64,000 bases of DNA, taken from positions 98,828,001-98,892,000 of the forward strand of contig OX597824.1 of NCBI GenBank assembly GCA_951406725.2, in the 5' to 3' direction. This document shows, in pieces, positions 1 to 40,505 of this stretch; position 1 is the stretch's first letter; each line of letters starts with the position of its first letter. Source of the DNA: Octopus vulgaris (Eukaryota). Below the pieces are notes generated by a model, which ran no database searches, was not told the DNA's origin, and saw only the letters and a program-made list of their open reading frames with translations. Made by a program: the position numbers and the translations under genes.

Positions 1-440
1 AATTAAAATAATAATAATAATAAAAATAAAAATAATAATAATATATATATATATATAAATTTATAAGTATAAATTAATAATTTAAATAATTTTTTAAATT
101 TTAACTTTAAATTTAAATAATTTAAATTTTGAATTTTATATATTTTGTATATTATATTAATTAATTTTATTTCTATGTATTGGTTTATGTTTTTCACTGT
201 TTGATTTGCCTAAAAGTGGTTTTATCTCTAATTTAATATAATATATATATATATATATTCTGTTATGTCTGGGGAGAGTCATTCTCTTTTAGTGCCAAAT
301 CCAAAAACGAAATATATATATATATAAATGCTCTAATATCTACACAGCCTTGTTTTTTTTATCATATTACGCAAAAAATTCTTATATATATATATATATA
401 TATAGATATATATATATACATATATATATACTACATATAT

Positions 441-760
441 ATCATCATCATCATCATCATTGTCGTCGTCATTTAATGTCCATTTTCCATGCTGACATGG
501 GTTGGATGGTTTGACTGAGGACTGGCAAGCCTGGAGGCTGCACTAGGCTCCAATCTAATTTGGCAAAGTTTCTACAGCTGGATGCCCTTCCTAATGCCAA
601 CCACTCTGAGAGTGAAGTGAGAGCTTTTTACATGCCTCTGCCACAGGAGCCAGTCACACAGTACTGGCATCAACCACATTCAAACAGTGCTTTTTACGTG
701 CCACCGGCATGGGTGCCAGTCAGGCGGCACTAGCCCTGGCCACACTCAAATGGTGCTTTA
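441..760 (-). mobile_element. RTE 3' UTR fragment in (TA)n
   Basis: (cat)n tail, ggatgcccttcctaatgccaaccact core and two 66-bp units. Confidence 0.8.
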
Positions 761-1188
761 TATACATATATATATCTATAAATATAAAATATATATATGT
801 ATGTATATGATATATGTAACACACTTTAAGTTTGTTTGTGTTGTATTGAATTGGTGGAGTGAGTGTTGAGGCATTGTATTCCTTTCTGGATTGTTCTGTG
901 ATTTCGTCTGTTATGATGATGATGATGATGACTTGCTTAAAATAGACATTGTTAATTGGTGCTTATTTTGAGGAATTCTTTCCTTTGTGCTTCTTTTATA
1001 AAAGAGAACGAGAAAAGGAGACAGCAAAAGTCTAGAAATGTTAAGGATGGATTTCAAAAGTTTACGGTTCCAAATAAATTACAAATAACAAAAAATAAGG
1101 GAAAAACCTCAAAATTAAAAATCTAAAAGTAGAATATAGTCATGTTTTCAGTACAGTAAAAAATTTTAAAAACTGAACTCTCTCTCTG

Positions 1189-1223
<35 letters not shown>

Positions 1224-1492
1224 ATAAAATGCATGTGTAAACAAGTTTATACGCATATTATAAACATTCACATGTGTGTAAGATGGACATGAAACCAAAA
1301 CTTTGATGAGACTGTCAGCATTTTCCTTGTAAAAATAAACTATATACATCACCATCATTTAACATCCATCTTCCATGCTGACATGGGTTGGACGGTTTCA
1401 ACAGGAGCCAGCAAGCCAGACGACTGTACCAAGCTCTACTGCAGGTTTTGGCTGGATGCCCTTCCTACTGCCAACCACTTTACACAAGTGAC

Positions 1493-1529
<37 letters not shown>

Positions 1530-1598
1530 GGAGAGAGCAACAGATTTATGTACACACACACAAACATTACATACAATCAAATTTATCTATACAAATGT

Positions 1599-1633
<35 letters not shown>

Positions 1634-2079
1634 AAATGTTACAATAGATTTCAACCATTTCCAAAAACACATTGCTTTACAGAGGCCTGGAACTGATTTT
1701 ACAATTCAATGAAAACCAAAAATTAAAACAAGAAAATACTCTTATAATCCAACATAAATATTGAGTTTCAAAACAATATGGTCAGGGAGAAGCCTTTCCC
1801 TGGAAATTCTGCCAGTTTCAAAAAATACCATGAATTAGCACTGAAGCCATACATCAACAGTAAAGCTTCTCTTTTTTTTTCTATAGTTTTTCTTTCTTTT
1901 TTTAAGTTGTTTTTTTTTTAATTTTTACAGTTATTGAAAGACTGAATTCCAGCTTGTGGTGCTGGTTTGTTAGCATCCATCATAGAATATAATAAATTTG
2001 TTCATCAACATGAGGCTACCAACAATAACAAGGTTATTAACAATAATCTCAATCTTAATAATAATAGTTTTGTAAGGAT

Positions 2080-2830
2080 CTCTTCCAAAGGCACAATGCC
2101 AGGAATTTGCAAATGTCATTTTATCAACCCCGAAACAATGAAAGGCAAAGTTGATGAAGGAGAGATTCGAAGTCAGAATATGAAGGGCTAAAAACAAATC
2201 CCACAACAGCATTTTGTCTAATACTCGAATAATTCTGCCGAATGATTTCTTACCAAAGATTTAGCGGAGAAGGAATGGTGGATCACATCAACACTCGTAC
2301 TTAATATTAACAATAATAAGGTTTGCTAATTTTGGTACAGGGCCTGAAATTTGGGGAGAGGGGCTAGTTGATTACATCAACCCCAGTAGTCAACTGGTAC
2401 TTTATTTTACTGACCCCACCAAAAGGATGAAAGGCAAAATCAGCCTTGACAGAATTTGAACTTAGAACATAAAGAGTCAGAAGAAATACCACTTAGCAAT
2501 TTGTCCAGCGCCAAAACCATTCTGCCAGCTCACTGCCTTAATAATAATAATAATAATAATAAATGGTTCTAACTTAGGCCGAAGGCCAGCAGTTTTGATG
2601 GAGGGATGAAAGACGAAGTTGACTTTGGCAGGATTTGAACTCCAAAGTGCTGAAACGAATACTGCAAAGCATTTTTACCAATACAAACAAATCTGCCAGC
2701 TCACTATAATAATAATGGCTTCAAATTTTGCCCCAAGGCCAGCGATTTTGGGGGAGGGGATGAGTCAATTACATCAACCCCAATGTTCCACTAGTATTTA
2801 TTTTATCAACCCAGAAAAGATGAAAGGTAA
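2080..2830 (-). mobile_element. Cluster of ~4 family-A SINE copies/fragments downstream of KCTD3
   Basis: Recurrent gatgaaaggcaaagttgac...gaatttgaactcagaac...ttctgccagctcac, separated by (taa)n. Confidence 0.75.
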
Positions 2831-3057
2831 ACACCTCAAGAAATAATAATAAAAGTTTTCTCGCATTGGCCAGAAACTGTAGGGAAAAAGTGTAGATTAT
2901 TGGAGCAGTGAGTAGCTTGATTGATTCTTATTTCACTGAAGCTGGCTTCAAGCTGATGGGGACAAAAGATAAAGTTAACTTGGGAGGAAATACAAAAAGG
3001 GGCCTAACTAAATACAAAAAGATATTTTACTCTGGTGTTCCACCAATTCCGTCAGAT

Positions 3058-5226
3058 TTAAAAACACGATACTTCAGCTTCGAAATCATCATCATCTTCA
3101 ACATCAACAGAACAACCTGCTTCCGGTTGTTGGTCACAAGGAAAAGTTTCAGCCCTTTGTCGACATGCCATGGGTTGAAATCCATGAGGTGCAATAACAG
3201 AGGGAGACGGACTCATACAGGGGGTCGATGACCGAGAATTACTCAAATCAAACTGGTCAAGAATATAGACAAGTTCAGCAGGTGTAGGGCCACCACTTGT
3301 TGCACACTGGTCTTTCTTCATCATTTCAATAGCGGTGGTCAGGTCCCACATTTGGATGCTGCCATTCGTATGTCCAGTAAATAAATAACGTCGGGGTCTG
3401 GATCCCATTCTGTTAGAACCATCACACTCATGCACACAAAATGAACTTATAGGGCTGCCATCAACTGATTTGATCACACAAACTCTACGACCTGTAGAAG
3501 AAAGACGCACGAAAAGTTGATCTGTATCAGGGACAACACGTTGTACAAAAACCTGCTTATCATCCTGCTCCCCAAAAGGACCAGGGAGTTTATCGAAATC
3601 ATGTCCACCAGGATAACTCATTTGGTTATCCATTCTATCAAGTGAAACAATTTTAAAAGATGCGAGTGGAGTGGAACCTGGCTGAGTTGAAATCATTCCT
3701 CTGAAGCGAGTGACACTCCAAGTTCTTACATGGTTATACTCAGAACAAACTGAAACAAGGTGATTCTCAGACAACATCACTTTGGTAACAGGGCTTCGAT
3801 GGACCGTGAAAGTTTGGAAAAGTTGCGGTTCATGTCCCACTGTTTCTGGATGTTGAACAATAACACGCACGGTACCAGAACTTGTTCCGTAGGCAATTTC
3901 AATCCAATTACCGCTGAGGCTGTTAGTTTTGGGTGTTAGATAGACACTAAGAGCAGTAACCATATCATTGCTAGGGTCTTTGTAAAGTTCAGTCACCAAT
4001 AAATCATTATCTTTCATACGAAGAGGAAATTTCTGCATATCAATATAATAAATTGATCCATTATTACAACCAAGAAGTAAGAAAGAGCCAGCTGTGTCAT
4101 AACTTGTGATCGGTATCACATCTTGTATTTGCCAATGTTGAGTCATAGCATGCCAGACTCCAACTTTACCTGTTTGACTCAGCGCCACAAGTTGGCTACC
4201 AATGAAAAACAAAGAATCTACCGATACTTTTAAATTAAATGTTCCAATTTCTCTACTGTCACCGTCATCTGTGACAGACCACAACCAAATCGTGCTTCCA
4301 GTGGAAGCAGCTACCATTTTGTTAGCAAAATCCTGGTTTGGATTGATTACTTTGGCATTGAGTGCAACTCTTTCGACTGGGTTCTCCATATAGAAACTGG
4401 TCCAAATCAGGTGCCAACCTGTGGAATCCATACGAAAACAAGAGATAAAATGTAAATAAGCAATACAGATCCAGTTGTGGTGGCCACGTATCATAGTCAC
4501 TCGCATAGATTGGACAGGCATACGATTGGAATCGAATTTGTTACCTCTTAAATCCCAAGAAGACTTCCGAGAATGACGAATGTCACCACAAGAATTGCGT
4601 GACACAGCGTTAGGTCGAAGTTCCATGGAAGGTTGTCTGGAATGAGTATGACAAAGATCGACTGAAGAATTTCGGGAATGGCTATGTAGTTGTTGTTGTT
4701 GTGGACTGCTGCTTTCGTTACTGGCACCAGCTTCAACCCTCTGAGCCACACCAGGTCGACATAGTTCAGATTCAATTAGACTAACAAGAGAATGAGACTG
4801 ACCTCCCTCCATGGATTCTGGTTGCGGAGGAGTTGGTGGAGAAAGATAGCTGTGAAACAACACACCGCCACAGGTTGGGTGATCGAGATCTTCACAAAGT
4901 ACCAAACGACGTATTAAGGGCATAATGCCGTAGAATTCGGCTTCGTGTCGAAGTGTTGAGATATCGACATGTTTCAAACTAATTTCTTTGGTTCGCAAAA
5001 ATCGTAGAATGATGGAAAATAATTTCGGATCTCGGTCGATAAAAATAGCCCCAGTTTCGTCTTTTAGACTTGATATCCTTCCACTGAGGAGACTGGTGAA
5101 GAAAGAATCTGGTACCCACGTTAAAGTCTGTCTTGAAGTTGAAAATCGTCGCCCACCAACGTTTAAATTGATTATTTCAGAGGACATAACTTCTCCACTC
5201 ACTTCTGGCTCTCTGCTCTCTGCCAT
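3058..5226 (-). CDS. KCTD3: BTB/POZ domain-containing protein KCTD3/SHKBP1-like (T1-type BTB + WD40-like repeats), single coding exon
   Basis: 722-aa uninterrupted ORF. N-terminal BTB ([26 protein letters not shown]...IFIDRDP) plus family motifs [66 protein letters not shown]. Confidence 0.95.
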   Translation of the reverse strand: MAESREPEVSGEVMSSEIINLNVGGRRFSTSRQTLTWVPDSFFTSLLSGRISSLKDETGAIFIDRDPKLFSIILRFLRTKEISLKHVDISTLRHEAEFYGIMPLIRRLVLCEDLDHPTCGGVLFHSYLSPPTPPQPESMEGGQSHSLVSLIESELCRPGVAQRVEAGASNESSSPQQQQLHSHSRNSSVDLCHTHSRQPSMELRPNAVSRNSCGDIRHSRKSSWDLRGNKFDSNRMPVQSMRVTMIRGHHNWICIAYLHFISCFRMDSTGWHLIWTSFYMENPVERVALNAKVINPNQDFANKMVAASTGSTIWLWSVTDDGDSREIGTFNLKVSVDSLFFIGSQLVALSQTGKVGVWHAMTQHWQIQDVIPITSYDTAGSFLLLGCNNGSIYYIDMQKFPLRMKDNDLLVTELYKDPSNDMVTALSVYLTPKTNSLSGNWIEIAYGTSSGTVRVIVQHPETVGHEPQLFQTFTVHRSPVTKVMLSENHLVSVCSEYNHVRTWSVTRFRGMISTQPGSTPLASFKIVSLDRMDNQMSYPGGHDFDKLPGPFGEQDDKQVFVQRVVPDTDQLFVRLSSTGRRVCVIKSVDGSPISSFCVHECDGSNRMGSRPRRYLFTGHTNGSIQMWDLTTAIEMMKKDQCATSGGPTPAELVYILDQFDLSNSRSSTPCMSPSPSVIAPHGFQPMACRQRAETFPCDQQPEAGCSVDVEDDDDFEAEVSCF

Positions 5227-6091
5227 TGCTGTGGAAGAGTGAACCTAAATAGCGGAATCACATTCATTTCGAATTTCGCTCGGCCAATGTTAATTATATA
5301 ATTAACAAGCTACATGCATGTGAATAAAACCAATACAATAATTTTTAAAAAATAAATCTACAAGATATTAAAGAAAATTATACATGATTTGTTAATGTTC
5401 ACCTGTTTCATTATAATTTATTTCATATTTTTCTTTTAATATCTGCAGAAAGAAAATATATTAATAGATACTTAAGAAAATTTATTATACAGAAAGAAGA
5501 TTTTAAGAGCTGGAGTATTTTATAAATAAAATACTATCAAATTACAAGACGTTGTTTTCTTATTACGTTAAATTACTCCAGCAATTTGTACCTTTCATTT
5601 CGTCATTTCCATTCCTCATTTTTAATTAACAAACATTACTCATGTTTTAGACATATATTACAATAAACTTATTCCTAAACTTTAGCAGAAATATTAATTA
5701 GAAAACGAAATTAATTTAGAATTTTAGAAGAGTAGACGAAATATTTCAAAAAACAATTAAATAATTATTTCTTAATTTGCTTCCTACAGTGGAGAATTAT
5801 TTCCCTTACATTTCCTGATATTCTAAATACTTGTAGAAAAATCAGTCGATGGAAATAAAGAAATTCTCAGAATTTATTTCGAACATTTCATAAGAATGGT
5901 ATCGAATATTTTTGGTATCAAATGATTCTGATTTTATTACAAGAATCAATTGCAAAAGTTAATGTATCAAATCCAGATTAGAAAGACTGGGGTTATTATT
6001 TTAGTGTGGACACCAACACCGTTTTCCGGTGGCCAACCAAAGTGACACGCGGCTGATTATTTGACAGTCGAGGTTTCAATCCTCTGCCACG
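5227..6091. promoter_or_regulatory. Putative bidirectional promoter region of KCTD3/SCYL1
   Basis: Divergent ATGs about 865 bp apart. AT-rich spacer with an ETS-like TTCCGG at 6024-6029 and a few CpGs near the SCYL1 start. Confidence 0.55.
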
Positions 6092-33765
<27,674 letters not shown>

Positions 33766-35339
33766 AGATTATGGTCCAGGAAGAATACAGGAATGGATCA
33801 ACAGATTGACAAAACAAATGGTCTGAATATATTTGTATTTGGATGGAAATATATACACACGCACACACATATATATACGTATACATAAATGTGTGTGTGT
33901 GTGTGTAATGCTTATACATACACAACTTATATAAAACATGATAACAAGGTGGACCATTTGATGAAACTGGGTGTCAGTATCTTTGCCTCTTTATGGAATT
34001 ATGTGTGTGTGTGTGTGTGTGCATGTGTGAGAGAGAGTGAAGACAGTTCCAGACTGACCCACAAATTCCATTTTAAATTGTCTTTGGTGAATGATAAAGT
34101 ATTGGGAAGGAAGTCAATCGGAAGGAAATCATTTCCTTTTAAGGACTTCTTTGATTATTTATAAAATTTTAAATGCAATTTATTCTGCAAAAGAAAGAAT
34201 TCATCATCATCATCATCATCCTCTTCATTTTACATTTTCTTTTCCATGATGGCATGGTTGGACACATCATTACAGTCAGAATGAGTTCTTATTTGGGGTT
34301 ACTTCCCTCCTACACATGTTGGGGCTCTCTCTCTTGTTTATAGTACCCTCCCTATTGCCAAATCACTTTACAGAGTTGATGGTTGGTGTTAGGAAGAGCA
34401 TCCAGCTACTGTAGAAACCTTGCCAAATCTGGTCGGAAGCTGGTGCAGCTCCGTGGCTTACCAGTTTTCAAACTGTCCAACCCATGCCAGCATGGAAAGC
34501 GGATGTTAACTGATGATGTCTATATATCACCATCATCATCGGTTTTATAGCCCCTTTCTCTGCTGGCATTGGATGGACAGATCATCCGTGTCTGAATCAG
34601 TTGCCATTTCAACTCTCCGCCCTCTTGCATGGGTTCGGAACCACATCTTGCTCGTACTTTCCATTTTCAACACGATTCCTGTGACTGGGTACGTTTCCTA
34701 ACACCCAGTGTACAAAAGAGACTCTACAGGGTTCATCATTTCGTTGTGGCACCAGCACCAGAGAGGTTGTCTTGTCTCCAGCAAGAGCAAAGAATTAGCT
34801 CTTCACAGCGCTCTCTCCCCTTCTCTCTCTCTCTCTCTCCCCTTCTCTCTCTCTCTCTCTCTCTCCCTCTCATTCATACATGCTCTACACACACACTCAC
34901 ACATACACACTCGTGTGTGTTTTCAAACAAAACAAACTTGCACTCAACATATTTGATTGGTGTTACATTTATTACACAACAGTTTGACTCAGCACCACAC
35001 TACTTAAAGTTTCATGGTCATAGATCACAGCCACAGCATCAGATGTTTGTAAACAGAGAGAAAAGAATGAAAAGGTTTTCAATGGTTTCTGTGAGGGGAG
35101 AGCATTTTAGATTTCTATTGGTCAATTCAGGTCATGTGGTTGTTTTTGCTATTTTAGTGACGTCAGACATTTTCTTGATAAGTCCATACGGTGGAGCAGA
35201 AAAGAGGCTGGTTGGTATTCTTCAGGCTTTGATATTTTAGGAGCATCAGTTCTTTACATTGGGTACAAAAAGTTGTAGGACAAAACATCTGTTGGCATCA
35301 GTTTGTCATTATTCTGTAGGGTGCATTATTTCTTATTTC

Positions 35340-35552
35340 TTTATTGCCCACAAGGGGCTAAACATAGAGGGGACAAAGACATTAAGTCGATTAGATCAAC
35401 CCCAGTACGTAACTGGTACTTAATTTATCGACCCCGAAAGGATGAAAGGCAAAGTCGACCTCGTCAGAATTTGAACTCAGAACATAACGGCAGACGAAAT
35501 ACTGCTAAGCATTTCACCTGGCGCGCTAACGTTTCTGCCATCTCGCCACCTT
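35340..35552 (-). mobile_element. Family-A-related SINE
   Basis: atcgaccccgaaaggatgaaaggcaaagtcgacc...gaatttgaactcagaac. Confidence 0.75.
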
Positions 35553-36008
35553 AGCGTGCAGTATTTCTGCAAACATACACACTCACATGTGTGTGTGTTT
35601 GTATGTTCAACATCTTTTAATGTCCACCTTCCATGCTGGCATGGGTTGGATGGGTTTACAAGATTAGACTGCATCAGGCTCCAGTTTCTGCTTTGAAAGT
35701 CCAAAAAGTGAAAGTCCAAATAGTAACGCTGCTGTTTTAGCTTCTAATAAATATTTTACAAACTTTGGATTTCTATACCCAATCTGCCCTGATTCTATAT
35801 ACACACACACATGTATGTATGTATGTTTGTATGCTTCTCTCCTTTGCTTTTTGGAATTTCTGATTTTCCCACTTTTGTCTGTTTGTTGAGGTGAGGAAAA
35901 GGGTTGCACATCCGAACCTGTTGATTATCTTTTGTCTTTCTTGTTTGTTTAAATACACAAAAGTAGAAGACTTGGAAAAGCAATCAGAATAATGAAACCA
36001 TTAGCTTT

Positions 36009-36042
<34 letters not shown>

Positions 36043-39000
36043 CAACTGGTGTCAGGTGAGATTGTGACATATTTATACAACGTGTCTGGAGAAAAGAGAA
36101 AAGAATGCTTTTCAAGTAGAAATGCGAAGTGTTCAAAGTAGCAGTAGACAAGCTCTCTTTGCACTGGTGGTGGTGGTGGTGGTGGATGAAATACAGCCAC
36201 TGTATAGTGTAGGACATGGATGACATTGTAGATATGGGGTTGGGGGCAGGAGTCTGTTTCTGTCTGGTGGCAGAAGATGTTGTGAACTGCAAAGAGTAAC
36301 GAGAAAGTGCTGAGTTCTGTCTGACCAATGCTAACATGAAATAACTTCTAAAATGATGAGGATGAGGATGAAGATTGCCGATGGATGTTGACTTTGTTTC
36401 ATGCTGATGGAAGCAATTATCAAATGGCTGTTAACCCACTGATGATTGCTCTGTCCAGCGTGAAACTCCATCGTAAACCAGTAGTTGTCTTTTGGGCCAA
36501 AGCATTAAGAAGTTCATTTCATGATCATGGAGTGCCAGGTTCAATCTTAGCATCTTTGTCTTTTACCATTGTCTCAGCTCAACCCATGTCTTATGAGTGA
36601 AGCTGAATAGATGGAAACTGTATGGAAACCCATTGGATGGATTGACACAGGAATTAATAAGTCCACTCTTGTTACATGTAGTGACACACTGTTTTTTTTT
36701 TTTGGTTTTTTTTAGGGTTGACATGACTGTGGAATACTCAACCACTTCCATGTTAATTCAGTGTCAAGAATTGATGAAAGAACTGGACATCCCTTGTTGA
36801 AACTAACAGAAATCTATTTTACATTTTTTTTTTTCAGATCAATAAATATACTCTACATCTTGTGTTGAGTACTCTCTTTGTTAATAAAACTACTTTTATT
36901 TGTTATTGTTGTATAACCCTAAGTCAGTCCTCATCCACCTGACCTGTGAGACACTGAGCAAGTGTTATGTGTGTGTGTGTATGCACAGGTGTAGCTGTGT
37001 TGTGAAGAAGTTTGCTTTCCAACCATGGGATCTTGTGTTCAGTCCCACTGTACAGCACTTTGCACAGACACCTTAGGCCTTGTGAGTGGATTTGATTGAT
37101 GGAAACTGAAAGAAGCTTAGTGTGTATGTGTGTGTGTACCCTTTCCATGAGATCACATGATGGTTGAAATGAAAGAAGTGTCATGGTCATACAAACAATG
37201 TTGTTTGTTTCTAGTCGTGCATGGAAAAATATGTCCTGCCCTGGAAAATATTATTCTACCTGGCAGGTGACAAGAAGAGCATCCAGGCATAGAAAACCTA
37301 CCCCAGTCGTGTCTGAGCATGCTAGAATGAGAGTCTAGTCGTTAAATGATGAGGATGATATGCATGTATTTATATTGACAGACAGGTATGTGTGTCTACC
37401 TGCTTATGTAGGACCACAAATGTTCACATTCTGCAACTTCACACAAAAAAGGATCACATTTTATTGAGTTTCCCTACTAGAAACCATCCTCTGGCTCCAC
37501 TCTTTCACAGACAAAATGGAATAAGAGAAAATCCCTTTGAGAACAAAATGGGGAAAGGTTGGAAGCAAGGAGGACCTCTGACTTCAAGACAAGCCTCAGC
37601 AATATGTATTTAATCAACTTGGGCTAACAGGGGAAAGTGGACATAAAGCAAACATTTGGATACGTGTGTGTGTGTCAGTGGGTGCATGTTGTTAGGTAAT
37701 TATATATGTATAACTTAGGTATGTATATGTATTTATATATATATTGCCTGGATTTACCTGAGATTATACCTTCACTGAAGTGCGGACCAACCTCCATACC
37801 CTCTCTATATATATATTAGGGTAATTATATATCAAACTGAAGTGTGTTTGTGTGCCAGTGTCACAATGAAATGTGCAAAAAAATAAAGTGATTGTTATTA
37901 GGAAAGGTATCAAGCTGTAGAAACGATATGAGTAAGACATGGGTTGTCTAGGAGAGCATTAACTCCAATTAAGAACTGACTTAGACTATGATGACTTGTT
38001 CCATCTTTGCCAGATTGGAATGCAGATGTGAAATGAAATATTTCTCTTGTCCAGCAATTAATATATAAAACAACGGTGAGTGTGTATTAAAAAACATGAA
38101 GAAGAAAATTCTTTGAGAACTTTTCATAAATAAAAGAGAGAATATCTTTACATTTTTATCAAAATAAGCAACAGGTTTCCATCGTTTGAAATGGTGATTT
38201 AATCATGCTGAAATAAAGAGAAAATCAAATGAAAAATGTTATATTAATCTTTTTTTTGTTATCAGTTTTGGAAGGTCATGTTTTTCTTACGAAAGTCACG
38301 TGGTGCCAGAGCTCTTGTAAGACAAACATGTCAACATCCAGAACTGGTATCAAAAAGGATTAGTTTTATTTTGTTGTGTCTGGGGAGAGTTTTATATTTT
38401 TCCTTTTATTTCAGCATAATCCTATCGCCTTTTTTAGTAATTACCACTGGTAACAAATTTTGAAAAAATATAAATACTTTCTTTTATCGATGACAAAGTT
38501 CTAAAAGCATTTTCTCTCTATTTTGTAATATATATTATTCACTCATGTGAAACCTCTTAACCTTTTCAATATATGTATGGAGGAGGGTATTATTAAACAA
38601 ACATATGTTTATAAATGAAATATAAAGAGATGACGTTTACATATGTCTATGTTGAAGGAATTTTTTTTAAAAAAGGGACTTTTTCAAAGAATCTATTTGT
38701 TTTTCCTTTGTTTTCTTTTTTTCCATTGAATGCTTAAAACATAGCCAGGTTTTCCCTCCCCTAACATGGAACAGAATATATTTTACCATTGAACACAAAC
38801 AGTTTTCTGTTTACGTCCATGTTGGGACATAATCCGGTCACTCAACACAGGGAAACATGGGCAATATTTATCACAAATCATGTGAAATGTGGATTAATTT
38901 CTGATGGATTGCAATAAAACTATTTATTTCCTTTGAAATCGTTGACAATATTCAAACAATGACTTTGATGATGTTCTGTATTATATTTTGTAAATAAATT

Positions 39001-39675
39001 TCCTTTTTCAGTTCAAATATTCACTTATTTTACCTTTTTTTTTCTTTTATCACTTTATGTAACTATTGAACTGTGTGAATATTGTACAAAGGATTTATTT
39101 TGGGGCCTTTATGTTTATTCAAAGCCATGGACCAATCCATCTTGGCACCAATGCTATCACAGACATTCGTGTCAAAACAACACAGATCTTGCACAAACAG
39201 CACAAAGAATCATCTATCCTGACCCTTAAAAGGTCCATCAATTCATTGCCCTGAAGGGATGAAAGGCAAAGTTGTCCTTTGCACAATTTGAACTGTACGG
39301 TTGGTCTGTACTTCTATGAAGCTATAATCTCAGGTAAATCCAGGCAATATTTTGGTAGTATTGCAACATCACGCATTTCAATGGTATATATACGTTAAAT
39401 ATGATACATAGATGGACATCTCCCTGTCTGTACTTCCATGAAGGTATAGATCCTTCAGTATAATCCCAGGTAAATCCAGGCAGTATTGCCTGGATTTACC
39501 TGAGATTATACTTAAGGACATATACCTTCACAGATGTATGGACCAACCTCCACACCCTCCGGAAGAAGAAGATGAGCTGTGAACTTGATTCTCTTGTCTC
39601 TATCCTTCTATCTACTATTTTATTCCTTTATAAACTGTGAATTCCCTGTCTAGAACTTTCATATACATGCACCAT

Positions 39676-39751
39676 GTCTCTGATGATGGAATACCCAGTG
39701 TATGGAGATGCTAACCTATCACTTGGGATATCACAGAAACAGCTGTAAGGC
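39676..39751 (+). ncRNA. Type I hammerhead ribozyme motif (Penelope-type, possibly degenerate)
   Basis: GTCT-CTGATGA-[stem II]-GAAAC-AGCT-GTA-AGGC. Confidence 0.6.
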
Positions 39752-40230
39752 TTCCAATATTTAATTACTCAAATTTCTCTTACTCTAATTAAATATTCTA
39801 AATAATTTGAGATACTCATCCTGCCTTGGTTTTTTTGTTGTCCTTTTCCCTTACACACACACACACACACATGGGAGTGAGACGAACATCGTTCTAGTAG
39901 TGAGGCAGGAGTGTTTCAGTCTCGTTGGACTTTGTCAATGATTTAATCACTTGCCAAGATGGAATCCAATATGTAGGAAACTAAATAACACATTCACTGA
40001 CAATGTGGAATTCTATTGTATATAATACTCAGACAAGCAGTAATTCTGCTTGTTAAAGAGTTAATTCACTTGAAACTTTGATTTACACTCCATTTCTCCA
40101 AACCAAAGTCGATAAACAAAATCCCAATAGCAAGCAATAATCAGTTTAATTAAAGTTTTGTACAAGGTCCCAATATTTAACAAGGAACATTTGTTGCCGT
40201 TCACCGCCGGTGTTGCCCCAGACAGTCAAG

Positions 40231-40343
40231 ATGAGCGGCGGCCTTGCTCCCAGCAAAAGCACGATTTACGTCAGTAATTTGCCGTTTTCATTGACAAACA
40301 ATGATCTTCACAAAATATTCAATAAGTACGGAAAAGTGGTCAA
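40231..40343 (+). CDS. ZCRB1: ZCRB1 exon 1
   Basis: [37 protein letters not shown], phase-2 donor gtaaga. Confidence 0.93.
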
Positions 40344-40464
40344 GTAAGATCCTGTTTTATTTCTTTGTAGTTTAATTTAGAGTTGACATCCATTCTTTAG
40401 TTTTAGATGGAATCTCAGAGGAACCCCCGGGCTTGCTGCTGGGGGTCGTTAAGGGGACACACAC

Positions 40465-40505
<41 letters not shown>

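Noticed and set aside
3-260. Extremely AT-rich start with a 64-aa I/K/L/Y ORF
   Set aside because: Low-complexity sequence, possibly a poor-quality contig end; no recognisable homology
34629-35240. 203-aa ORF after SCYL1
   Set aside because: Spans (CT)n/(CA)n repeats, non-ATG start, no recognisable domain
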